From: a virus
Reading direction: 5' to 3' (one strand)
Virus record (IMG/VR): IMGVR_UViG_3300026488_000015
Location: 1 to 64,000 of that record
DNA: 64,000 bases
Shown: in pieces, positions 9,149 to 17,628 of the stretch
Position numbering within the stretch: position 1 is the stretch's first letter
Layout of the letters: the number at the start of each line of letters is the position of its first letter
Translations under genes and position numbers: made by a program
The notes under the pieces: model-generated
Told to the model about the DNA's origin: nothing
What the model saw: the letters and a program-made list of their open reading frames with translations, nothing else
Database searches by the model: none

Positions 9149-9347
9149 CTATCTCGGCTGGCATATCTGTTTTGTTATCTAAATACATTGTTGCTATATA
9201 TTTGTCGATTGAACTATAACTATTACTACCATAAGGTATGCTAGACATTTGAACTGGACCCATCAAGACCCATCCTTTATTGGCTAGCTTATTAATATCA
9301 TTTGTTAAATCTTCCAAGCTACCACCTTTTAGTGCTTCATACTTCAT
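9138..9347 (-). CDS. DUF1737-like small protein (start revised to MKYEAL)
   Basis: Y..L.G.S..DL...IN.L...GW.L.G pattern; AAGGA SD before ATG at 9347. Confidence 0.6.
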   Translation of the reverse strand: MKYEALKGGSLEDLTNDINKLANKGWVLMGPVQMSSIPYGSNSYSSIDKYIATMYLDNKTDMPAEIDLN

Positions 9348-9348
9348 A

Positions 9349-9534
9349 TTATTCCTTCTCTCTACTAATGACAGCATACCAGATATTATCACTAAAGGTT
9401 GGAAGTTTTTCTATATTCCAACCTTTAGTGAGGTACTCATTGAGTTTTTCATCAAGGTCTTGTGACCTTTCAGATTCCCATTCACTATGGCCTCTTAGTG
9501 TTCTAATTTCTATCATATATAATCTCTCCGGCAT
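9349..9534 (-). CDS. DUF1737/DUF4177-like small protein (true start probably MIEIRTL)
   Basis: LDEKLNEYL.KGW.I pattern. Confidence 0.55.
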   Translation of the reverse strand: MPERLYMIEIRTLRGHSEWESERSQDLDEKLNEYLTKGWNIEKLPTFSDNIWYAVISREKE

Positions 9535-9721
9535 CTTCCATCATACCGTAACTAATAACGGGGTCACAAGGTACACCATCGACAGCAATTATTTCATCGT
9601 GAGAATTTACAGTAAGCGTGACTGAAGTGGCTTGCATCACATAAATGAATGAGAAAAGCAATAACATTGATGCTACATATCTGTAACCTATTTTAGTTGT
9701 GATTCGTTGCGAAAGTGTCAT
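9503..9721 (-). CDS. Small membrane protein
   Basis: One hydrophobic segment; downstream of promoter. Confidence 0.6.
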   Translation of the reverse strand: MTLSQRITTKIGYRYVASMLLLFSFIYVMQATSVTLTVNSHDEIIAVDGVPCDPVISYGMMEDAGEIIYDRN

Positions 9722-9739
9722 TAAATATCCTTTATGAAG

Positions 9740-9774
9740 TATTATAACATAAAGGACCTTAAAGCTTTATTAAA
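9740..9774 (-). promoter_or_regulatory. Early promoter
   Basis: TTAAG-N9-GT-TATAAT. Confidence 0.75.
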
Positions 9775-11050
9775 GCATACCTATTTTAGTTTCTGTATTA
9801 AGAGTTTTGTACTGTGAGATACCATCTTCCAAGATATAAGGTTTCGTATCGACACCCATTAATCTTGCATTGATTAGGTCTTTAGCAAAAGCACCTAAAT
9901 CAGAAGCTGGAATTTCTGTTCTATCACCTAAACATTCATCGAAATCTTCTTCAGATAATTCGTACTCATCTTTCCAAATATTAAGTGCTTCATCAGGCGT
10001 CAAGTATCTAAGATTTAAGATGTCGAATGTTCTACCTTTTCTTAGTACTGCTGTGTCAATTTCTGAAACATCACGATTCGTAGTGATAATGAACTTTGTA
10101 TTGTTGCCATTCTCAAAAATACCATCAGTAAACGAAAGTAATTGGCTAATGAAGGCATTCTTCGAAACATCTTCGCCACTTGAAACTGCTTGCGTTCTCG
10201 GAAGTAAAGCATAATCTAAATCATCTAGGATAACTAGTTGGTATTCTGAACTTTTTAACTGATTCCAGAACTCATCTGTGCTCAGAACATTTTCATTCTT
10301 AACATAAACAACTGCAATCTCATCGTTATCAAACATATCATTAACACGGTCTTCAATACTCTCTAACCAATCTTGTAGTTCTATACCAGTAGGTTGTGAT
10401 TCTCTCTCTGAAAGTTTTTCTTTTTCTTTCTTAATTTCGAGCTTCTCTTGGACTAAATCTGAAGTCAATAGATAATTCAAGTACTCATCGATAAGTTTTG
10501 TTTTTCCTGTCCCTGGTTTACCAGTTAAGACTAACATATTATCTTCGCTTAAGATAAACTGATTAAACATTTCTTTAATGTCTAAGTAAGGATAGAAAGC
10601 AGGCTTAAGCTTCGTAAAATCTTTCGCTTGTTTAGCCATATAAGAATCTTTAAGGTCTGTACCACTTAGGTAGTAGCTATAGATACCAATGAAACTATCT
10701 GCTTTTGTATCTTCAAATTTCTTCAGGAAATTATAAAGAGTGTTTTGTTGTTCATAGCTGTTTGTATAAACATCGAAACTATATTGTTTCTTACCGTTTA
10801 AACTCTCACATAAGAACAAAAATTCCTCGTGTTCAAATACCCAAGTTTCGTGTACTTTATTCGTTTTGAATTGTACAATAGAAACACCCGGGTACATTGC
10901 TGTGATTTCCTCTTTAATATCGGGGAAAGAAATACCTTTTACATATAGGTTAGGTACACAAGTATTGTACTTATCTGCTATCTTTGAGAAAAGTAGCACA
11001 TCCGAAATATCAGTATATGCGTCTTTTACGACTGTCATTTTTGAATTCAT
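9770..11050 (-). CDS. AAA+ ATPase
   Basis: Walker A GKPGTGKT, Walker B VILDD, sensor TTN, D.A.LRKGR. Confidence 0.88.
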   Translation of the reverse strand: MNSKMTVVKDAYTDISDVLLFSKIADKYNTCVPNLYVKGISFPDIKEEITAMYPGVSIVQFKTNKVHETWVFEHEEFLFLCESLNGKKQYSFDVYTNSYEQQNTLYNFLKKFEDTKADSFIGIYSYYLSGTDLKDSYMAKQAKDFTKLKPAFYPYLDIKEMFNQFILSEDNMLVLTGKPGTGKTKLIDEYLNYLLTSDLVQEKLEIKKEKEKLSERESQPTGIELQDWLESIEDRVNDMFDNDEIAVVYVKNENVLSTDEFWNQLKSSEYQLVILDDLDYALLPRTQAVSSGEDVSKNAFISQLLSFTDGIFENGNNTKFIITTNRDVSEIDTAVLRKGRTFDILNLRYLTPDEALNIWKDEYELSEEDFDECLGDRTEIPASDLGAFAKDLINARLMGVDTKPYILEDGISQYKTLNTETKIGML

Positions 11051-11069
11051 TATTATCCTTTTGTTTTGA

Positions 11070-11092
11070 TATTATAGTATAGATTTACTTAA
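11070..11092 (-). promoter_or_regulatory. Early promoter (variant)
   Basis: TTAAG-N11-TATAAT with the family spacing. Confidence 0.6.
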
Positions 11093-11101
11093 TTTTTGGG
11101 T

Positions 11102-11398
11102 TTATAGAAAAATGTGTGGATATTCTTCAACCAAGTAAAAAAAATCTGTCTTATATTTACTGTATTCTGTTTCTTCGTTATCAAAGAACAACCCGTACAT
11201 ATAGCACGATGCTGATTCGTAATCCAAATATCCTTCTTCTGTTAGTAGAATATCATCACCGAAAGTAATAGCATCGAAATCGCCTTTTGGGGTTGAAATT
11301 GTTACATTGAAATCGTTGTCGTGGATTGTTATTGATTCTATAGGTGTAGCACTCATATGCTTAGAGGCTACAGTATAAAGTGTAGTTGGAGAAGACAT
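11102..11398 (-). CDS. Hypothetical protein (C-terminal YPHIFL family)
   Basis: ORF with AAGGA SD. Confidence 0.7.
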   Translation of the reverse strand: MSSPTTLYTVASKHMSATPIESITIHDNDFNVTISTPKGDFDAITFGDDILLTEEGYLDYESASCYMYGLFFDNEETEYSKYKTDFFYLVEEYPHIFL

Positions 11399-11416
11399 TG
11401 TAAGTCCTTTGTGTTC

Positions 11417-11779
11417 TTAGTCTAGCTTACTCATATCGTAATCATTAACTTCTTTTGGTTTTTGATTTTTTTGTTTCTCGTTAAGAGCTTCGATTTTTTT
11501 GTTGAACTCGATGAGTTTCGTGTACAATGTATTGTAATCTACCTTTGTAAGCTTAGCATCTTTTAGTATTTTAAGACCATCATCTTTCTTAGTACACAAA
11601 TACTCACCTTCACTATCTTGTTCTTGCCATATTTCGGTACTCTGTTTACCTTTGAGGCTAAATGCTTCTGTTGGAAAAGTTGGATATTCCACTGTTTGAG
11701 GAACAAGTATATATTTTGTGTCAAATATACAACCACTAAATGTGAGTGCTATTAATACAGATAAGGCTAAGTGTTTCAT
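11417..11779 (-). CDS. Lipoprotein, putative o-spanin
   Basis: Signal peptide with lipobox FSGC; follows a TM/coiled-coil gene. Confidence 0.6.
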   Translation of the reverse strand: MKHLALSVLIALTFSGCIFDTKYILVPQTVEYPTFPTEAFSLKGKQSTEIWQEQDSEGEYLCTKKDDGLKILKDAKLTKVDYNTLYTKLIEFNKKIEALNEKQKNQKPKEVNDYDMSKLD

Positions 11780-12135
11780 ACTTCAACCTTGAATGCTTTT
11801 CCTCTAGTCCTACCTTGAACTTGTACTTGCTTCTCTTTTTGTGTCTCAGCAATTTCTTTTTCAATCTCATCCATTTCGATAAGAGCTTCACCTCTATCTT
11901 TGATAAGAGTTTGTAGAACTTCGATTTCTGTCGATGTTTCTACTTCTTTAGCTTCTGCTTTAGCTTTAGCAACTTGTTTAGCAACGATAACATTTGTTTT
12001 AGCTATCTTCGTTTCAATTTGTTGTAACTTAGATTCAGCTCTTGCTGCTTTAATCTTTTGAGTAATAACATACCCACCAATAATTGCTGTAATTACAGCA
12101 ATTATGATGTTCTTCGTACTTGTAAAAAATCCCAT
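11776..12135 (-). CDS. Putative i-spanin
   Basis: N-terminal TM helix plus long Ala/Lys/Glu coiled coil; overlaps the lipoprotein gene. Confidence 0.55.
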   Translation of the reverse strand: MGFFTSTKNIIIAVITAIIGGYVITQKIKAARAESKLQQIETKIAKTNVIVAKQVAKAKAEAKEVETSTEIEVLQTLIKDRGEALIEMDEIEKEIAETQKEKQVQVQGRTRGKAFKVEV

Positions 12136-12145
12136 CTATCTTCCT

Positions 12146-12379
12146 TTATTGAACTATCGTTTGTAGTTTAGATATTGCTACCAGCACAGTCTTATCTGAT
12201 TTTGGTTTATCTGATTTTTTATTAGTAAGGTCACCCAATGTATATGATGAATCACTAATTTTTTTGATAGTGCCGTATGCTATCCCGTTTCTACCTAGAG
12301 GGTTGAAAGTGACACGCATACCCACTTCTAGTTGCTTTGCTTTTATGTTGCTTTCATTAACTAAATCTGCAAATTTCAT
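12146..12379 (-). CDS. Small late protein, possibly head-internal
   Basis: MKFADLVNES N-terminus; downstream of late promoter. Confidence 0.55.
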   Translation of the reverse strand: MKFADLVNESNIKAKQLEVGMRVTFNPLGRNGIAYGTIKKISDSSYTLGDLTNKKSDKPKSDKTVLVAISKLQTIVQ

Positions 12380-12679
12380 CTATCTTCCTTTATCTTGATT
12401 ATATTGGTCCATCTTGTCCATAAGCATATCTGCTGCTTTATCAGCAACTTCAGAAGTCTTATCAGAACTCGTACCCGTGTAGAAACCATAAACTGAAATA
12501 GTTAATCCAGTAAAAACCATATATAAAGAAACCATATTATCTTTGAGACTAAAATCAGTAAACATAGGTGCTACAAATAACGCCAATGTAATCATAATAT
12601 AAACAAATATTGTACCTAATAGTACCACTCTACGACCTCGTGAAGAATTACCTTCTAACCAATTGAAAAAACTTTTCAT
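12380..12679 (-). CDS. Putative holin (two TM helices)
   Basis: SSR.R then two hydrophobic helices and a charged tail; first gene after late promoter. Confidence 0.55.
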   Translation of the reverse strand: MKSFFNWLEGNSSRGRRVVLLGTIFVYIMITLALFVAPMFTDFSLKDNMVSLYMVFTGLTISVYGFYTGTSSDKTSEVADKAADMLMDKMDQYNQDKGR

Positions 12680-12711
12680 CTTATACTCCTTCAGGTTTGA
12701 ACCTTTGAGAG

Positions 12712-12719
12712 TATTTATA
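12712..12719 (-). promoter_or_regulatory. Late promoter TATAAATA
   Basis: Exact match upstream of the lysis-like cassette. Confidence 0.75.
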
Positions 12720-13682
12720 TTATTTAGCCGGAATCTTCATATTGATATTACCTAGCATAATCTCGACTGCCATAGCCGTACTTGGAATAACCTTATCACG
12801 AGCACCGTTAGACATTTCTTGGTATCTAGCAATAATCATAATAGCTTGAGGCATACCTTTAGGGTCAAACCAATCATCTAAATTATTGAAAATATATGTA
12901 TAGATAGATGCAGGGTCAGCTAATGCTTGAATACCTTTTCTTACCTCTGGAAACTTTTTGTTCTTCATACTCGTAAGGATTGCTTTGTGTTGGATACTCG
13001 TATTAAGAATATTCTCATCTAAGATTAGCTCACCTGATGTTGAATTTTGTTGTAAAACCATTATCATTTCACGAATCGATGGTGCAAAGTTAGTGATAAT
13101 AGGCTGTAACTGTTTGTGCTCGAACTTGATACCTTCTTGCTCTAAGATGAAAATCAATCTTTTGTATGCTGAAGTAGCAATATGTTTCTTATTCTTATTG
13201 TAAATGTCATCGAAATCGAATTGTAATAGTCTATTTCTTAGTGGTTCAATAAGTTTTTCTTTGTAGTTAGCTGTGAAAATAAATGAAACTGTCTTACTGA
13301 ATTCTTCAATAACACCTCTTAAAGCCTTTTGGCCTTTCGTTTCAATACCATCTGCTTCATCGATAACACAAATCTTAGGAGAATCATCTATACCTACACC
13401 TGAACCGAAATCAATAAGTTTTCCTCTCATCAAGTCAATACCAGCATCTTTAGAACCATTAACCCACATTACATCAGCATCTAAATCTTTGATAAGTGCA
13501 TTTACTAATGAAGTTTTACCTAATCCAGCTCCAGTACTTGAAAATAACATATTAGGTGTTCTTCTCTCTTTTACATAAGTTTTGAAGTCAGCCAACATTT
13601 TATCAGGAAGAATAACATCTTCTACTGTTTGTGGTCTGTATTTCTCTGCCCAAATATATTCATCTTTATCTACTATTTTCAT
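12720..13682 (-). CDS. 44: Sliding clamp loader large subunit (T4 gp44-like)
   Basis: WAEKYRPQTVEDVILP, GLGKTS, IDEAD, Q.ALRG..EEFS, FIFTANY. Confidence 0.92.
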   Translation of the reverse strand: MKIVDKDEYIWAEKYRPQTVEDVILPDKMLADFKTYVKERRTPNMLFSSTGAGLGKTSLVNALIKDLDADVMWVNGSKDAGIDLMRGKLIDFGSGVGIDDSPKICVIDEADGIETKGQKALRGVIEEFSKTVSFIFTANYKEKLIEPLRNRLLQFDFDDIYNKNKKHIATSAYKRLIFILEQEGIKFEHKQLQPIITNFAPSIREMIMVLQQNSTSGELILDENILNTSIQHKAILTSMKNKKFPEVRKGIQALADPASIYTYIFNNLDDWFDPKGMPQAIMIIARYQEMSNGARDKVIPSTAMAVEIMLGNINMKIPAK

Positions 13683-13698
13683 CGTTTTCCTTTATGTG

Positions 13699-14031
13699 TT
13701 ATTGTACTGTAATATTACTTAATTTATGCACACAAGCTGTTAATGCATTCTGAAAGCCTGTGTCGTAGCCGTTCTCATAACCACGGACTCTTTCTTCATC
13801 GAATTCCCACTGGTCGTATGCCTTAGCATTAGCATCAGCCTCATCGTAACCTATACCATAACCTTCATCGTGACCTTCTGTGAATGCATCCTCTCTGATT
13901 GCTTGTATCGTGTGGTTCTCGAGCTCATTTCTTAGCTCTATGAATAATTCCTCTAAATCTGCTTTATCATATTCTCCGTTGATTGCACCAATCTGTACCT
14001 CGTATCTATCGTTACCTATGTATTGTACCAT
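13699..14031 (-). CDS. Hypothetical protein with GYxxG repeats
   Basis: EGHDEGYGIGYDE and GYENGYDTGF. Confidence 0.65.
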   Translation of the reverse strand: MVQYIGNDRYEVQIGAINGEYDKADLEELFIELRNELENHTIQAIREDAFTEGHDEGYGIGYDEADANAKAYDQWEFDEERVRGYENGYDTGFQNALTACVHKLSNITVQ

Positions 14032-14040
14032 TCTCTCTCC

Positions 14041-14610
14041 TTAATTGAATCTTAAATTATCTGTGAGTATTTCTCTCACTAACAGCATACTGTCTTGACT
14101 AAATGAAACGAAAATTAATAAAGTCTTAATCTTCTTATACAAAAGCCCATTTATTCTACTCTTTTCTAGTTTCTCTAAATCGTAACCACTTACCACAAGA
14201 TAAAAGTACCAAGTGTACCATTTAATCTTATTCGTCCTATAATATTCAGTAATCTCATTGAATGCAATATTCGTACCAAAAACATCTTTGAGCAATTGAA
14301 GGTCATCTTTGAGATATTTTTTGTATTGTACTATTGAATCTTTGAATAACTGAATATCTTTTAATGATACATCACGCAAGAACTCGATAGAACCGAGTGC
14401 CGAACTAGGCATCTTTGTGAAATTCACATACAAACACGCTAGAATAAATACTGACTTGTTATAGCTCTCGTACTTTTTATACGGAAATAACATTTTCATT
14501 TCATCACGCTTCTTTTTTGAATGCCTGACTGCCATTATCTTCTTTGGACTGTGTTTGTCGAACATCATAAATATACCATTTGCTATATTATATTGCTCAT
14601 CATAAACCAT
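14041..14610 (-). CDS. 59: Probable helicase loader (T4 gp59-like)
   Basis: Y..YLKDDL and EYYRTNKIKWYTW...KKIKTLL.F resemble the gp59 C-terminal region; close to gp33 as in T4. Confidence 0.5.
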   Translation of the reverse strand: MVYDEQYNIANGIFMMFDKHSPKKIMAVRHSKKKRDEMKMLFPYKKYESYNKSVFILACLYVNFTKMPSSALGSIEFLRDVSLKDIQLFKDSIVQYKKYLKDDLQLLKDVFGTNIAFNEITEYYRTNKIKWYTWYFYLVVSGYDLEKLEKSRINGLLYKKIKTLLIFVSFSQDSMLLVREILTDNLRFN

Positions 14611-14620
14611 TTATATCCTT

Positions 14621-15007
14621 TTACCACTCATCGAGGTCTTTCTCTGTGTATAGTATTATAACACACGGTTTCTTAATCTTTTTCATTTTGGAAATCATAT
14701 CTTTTGTACCTCTCGATACACCATCCCAAAATATTACAGCCATATCAGAATATTCAGCCATCTGTCCGTTTCTGATATGCCCAGCACCTTTACCATACTG
14801 ATTCCAATCAGCTGGAAATTCTTTTACTGGAATATTATTTTCTTCGGCATATTGCTCACCCATCGTATCAGCACCTTTGGCTGTACCTGAAACGATTTCT
14901 GTGATATTATGTTCTTTTACAAGATAATCTAGCTTCTCAAATGTTATTTTTCTGTCGCTAAAATCTCTCGAACCAGCTACTATACATTTCATTCTTTTTG
15001 TTACCAC
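14621..15007 (-). CDS. SLOG family protein (DUF2493/YspA-like)
   Basis: VAGSRDF, VSGTAKGAD, ADW..YGK.AG.IRN..M, FWDG.SRGT..MI. Confidence 0.85.
   Translation of the reverse strand: MVTKRMKCIVAGSRDFSDRKITFEKLDYLVKEHNITEIVSGTAKGADTMGEQYAEENNIPVKEFPADWNQYGKGAGHIRNGQMAEYSDMAVIFWDGVSRGTKDMISKMKKIKKPCVIILYTEKDLDEW
14654..14676 (-). promoter_or_regulatory. Early promoter inside the SLOG gene, upstream of the 59-like gene
   Basis: TTAAG-N9-GT-TATAAT. Confidence 0.55.
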
Positions 15008-15297
15008 TCATCTTCTGTGAAAAAATTATCATCATTATCAGTCCGTGGTACCTGAAAATGGTTGTGCTTGATAGCTTGTTTCTCGAACATTTTTACAAAA
15101 TCTTTAGACTGCGATAGAATATCGCCGACCTCTTCTATTTTGTAGCCGTATTCTTCGCAATATGAGATTATAAGCGTGACCATATCAAAATCGACCCCTC
15201 GCTCTGCTTTGAATCTAAAAATATCATCGAGCAATTCCATTGTTTTGTTATAGTTTATAATGTCACTCGTATTATGTTGTACTTCGCTTAAATCCAT
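15001..15297 (-). CDS. 33: Late transcription coactivator (T4 gp33-like)
   Basis: IISYCEEYG..IEEV..ILS........E..A...N pattern. Confidence 0.7.
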   Translation of the reverse strand: MDLSEVQHNTSDIINYNKTMELLDDIFRFKAERGVDFDMVTLIISYCEEYGYKIEEVGDILSQSKDFVKMFEKQAIKHNHFQVPRTDNDDNFFTEDEW

Positions 15298-15316
15298 ATA
15301 TATTATCCTTATGTGA

Positions 15317-15339
15317 TATTATAACATAAAGACACTTAA
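15317..15339 (-). promoter_or_regulatory. Early promoter
   Basis: TTAAG-N9-GT-TATAAT. Confidence 0.7.
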
Positions 15340-17075
15340 ATATTCTCAATTTTATAAGAAGTAAAAGTATCCTTAGATGTTGTAACGATTCTACTGAAGA
15401 TTTCTATCTTCTCTTTGATGTCTGCATTATGAGAAACGATGATAATATCCTTCTCTTTACTGAATTCATTCTTCAGTATGTCTAGCAACTCATCACGGCC
15501 CGTAGCATCTAATGAGCTATCTAGTGCTTCATCAAGCGTTAAAATATTTAACCTTGTACCATTTCTTTCTTCAATCAACCTTAAGAAGGCAAACATAATA
15601 GCAAAACTAATTCTAGCTTTCTGTCCGTTACTAAGAAGATTAAATTCTGCTTCTTCACCACGAGATATAATATGCTCTTTGAAATCTTTATCGACTATAA
15701 AATTATATCCAAGTAAGCTGAATTTTTCTAGGTACATATTGATAAATTTATTCAGAATAGGTAACTGCTTAGAAATAATCAAGCCTTTAAGGTTATCTGA
15801 AGAAACTAATTGGCTAATCCAAGTGTAATCAATGATTTTCTCATTAAATACAGTTAAAGCATCTTTAGCTTGTACTAAATCATCTTCTTTTTTCTGTATT
15901 TCATCATAGGTAATCTCGATAGGTTTAAAAGCATTCATTTGTTCAATCTGAGCATTCTTTTGTTGTACCTGGACCTTAAAATCATCAATATTTTGTTTGA
16001 TTCTCTTACCATTAAGAAGACCTTCTTTCTGTTTATCTGAAATACCTCTTATCTCATTGATTTCTATATCCACTTTGTCTTCTAGCTCTGAAATTCTTAA
16101 AAACTCTGATTCTAGGTAATCTTTGTTTGTTACATCCACTTCTACCAAATAATTTGTGTGCTGACATTCCTCACAAACGATAGCATTATGCTCAGCTGAT
16201 TCAATATGCTGTTTCTGTACCTGAAGCGAATTTCGTAGGCTCATATGCCCGTTCTTTTCTTGAATCAATCCGTTCATTTCTGTTATATTGGCATCATATT
16301 TTGTTTTGACTGCTTTAAGCTTAAGGAGACCTTCAGTATATTTTGCTATATTAGCTTCTAAAATGATAATCTCATCTAGGATTTGCTGTTTCCTGATGTC
16401 GTGATTTTTATTAAAATCTTCATTCTGTCTTTTCATCTGCTCAATAGTGACCTTCTCTGAAGATATTGTGCTTACTAAAAGATTTACCTTGTAGTTTAAT
16501 TCTGTTACCTGAGTTTTATTCTCTTGGACTTTCTTCTTAATGATGTCTTTCATATACCCAAAAATTTGTGTATCTGTGATGGTACTAAACATTTCTTCCT
16601 TCTCTGTAGCATTAAGCTCTAAGAAAGGTTTCGAGCTGTTAGAATTCGTACCTAGAATCATTAATTGGCGAATAATCGTTTCATTCGTACAAATAACATA
16701 TTCCTCTAGGTATTTCTGATATTCTTTAATAGTAGCATTCTGTGGAATCAAATCGTTCTCGTTTGTGCCATCTTTATATATTTTGAAAATATTTGGGTTC
16801 ATTCCACGAACGATTCTGTATGGTGCTCCATCAACGGTAAAATCCAGTGTTACCTGCAGTTTTTTCTTGTTAATTTTATTCTGTAATGAACCAGTCTTAA
16901 CCTTTCTGTAAGGTTTTCCAAAGAGTGAGTAGAAAATAGCATCACTCGAAATAAGAGATTTTCCTGTCCCATTTGTACCTACGATTAAATCTATACCATT
17001 ATTGAAAGGGAATACTATTTCTTTCCCTACACTTAAAAAGTTTTGCACTCTGATTTCTTTAAAATTTATATCCAT
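15336..17075 (-). CDS. 46: Recombination ATPase subunit (T4 gp46/SbcC)
   Basis: NFLSVG, GTNGTGKS, CEEC hook, LSNGQKARI, LDE..DSSLD, SH. Confidence 0.93.
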   Translation of the reverse strand: MDINFKEIRVQNFLSVGKEIVFPFNNGIDLIVGTNGTGKSLISSDAIFYSLFGKPYRKVKTGSLQNKINKKKLQVTLDFTVDGAPYRIVRGMNPNIFKIYKDGTNENDLIPQNATIKEYQKYLEEYVICTNETIIRQLMILGTNSNSSKPFLELNATEKEEMFSTITDTQIFGYMKDIIKKKVQENKTQVTELNYKVNLLVSTISSEKVTIEQMKRQNEDFNKNHDIRKQQILDEIIILEANIAKYTEGLLKLKAVKTKYDANITEMNGLIQEKNGHMSLRNSLQVQKQHIESAEHNAIVCEECQHTNYLVEVDVTNKDYLESEFLRISELEDKVDIEINEIRGISDKQKEGLLNGKRIKQNIDDFKVQVQQKNAQIEQMNAFKPIEITYDEIQKKEDDLVQAKDALTVFNEKIIDYTWISQLVSSDNLKGLIISKQLPILNKFINMYLEKFSLLGYNFIVDKDFKEHIISRGEEAEFNLLSNGQKARISFAIMFAFLRLIEERNGTRLNILTLDEALDSSLDATGRDELLDILKNEFSKEKDIIIVSHNADIKEKIEIFSRIVTTSKDTFTSYKIENI

Positions 17076-17079
17076 TCTA

Positions 17080-17409
17080 TTATATCCTTTTAGTACAATC
17101 GGGTACCATACATTGTTTAGTTGCTAATTTTACTAATAATTCATTAGTTACCGTAGATAAATGCATCATTATTTGTTTTTTATGTTTGTCATTTACTCTT
17201 GTCATATTTCCAGTTTTACTGAAATTTTTTTTGATGTGTTCTTCTATGCAGCAATATAAATCAATTAATGATTCACAATCACTCTCCAGCAATTTAATAA
17301 TAGTATCTATTGCTGATAAATTCTCTTGTAGTGAACCACTAAATGCAAATCTTGATGAAACTTTATTGCAGTCTATCGACTCAAACATAAACTCGCTATA
17401 AGTTTTCAT
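17080..17409 (-). CDS. Hypothetical protein with capsid-targeting-like N-terminus
   Basis: MKTYSEFMFE resembles the T4 internal protein leader MKTYQEFIAE. Confidence 0.6.
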   Translation of the reverse strand: MKTYSEFMFESIDCNKVSSRFAFSGSLQENLSAIDTIIKLLESDCESLIDLYCCIEEHIKKNFSKTGNMTRVNDKHKKQIMMHLSTVTNELLVKLATKQCMVPDCTKRI

Positions 17410-17626
17410 ATTTACCGTCTTTTATTATGTTCTTGATAGCTTCTAATGATTCTTTAATCTTTCTATCTGCTATATCCTCAATTCTTTTTCTTGCTTTAGT
17501 GGACATTTGTTTTATCTTATTGAATCGTTTTGTCTTATCTTTAGGTAAATAAGATTCAATAAGTTCCTCTGAAGATTCTAAAATAAAAATTTCAATTTCT
17601 TGATTAGTACTACTTTCATTTATCAT
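17396..17626 (-). CDS. Hypothetical protein
   Basis: ORF with GGAG SD between genes 47 and 46. Confidence 0.6.
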   Translation of the reverse strand: MINESSTNQEIEIFILESSEELIESYLPKDKTKRFNKIKQMSTKARKRIEDIADRKIKESLEAIKNIIKDGKYENL

Positions 17627-17628
17627 TG

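Noticed and set aside
2541-9774. CRISPR-like array from recurring ~36-bp motifs
   Set aside because: Copies are degenerate, separated by whole genes and contain TATAAT upstream of starts; they are promoters
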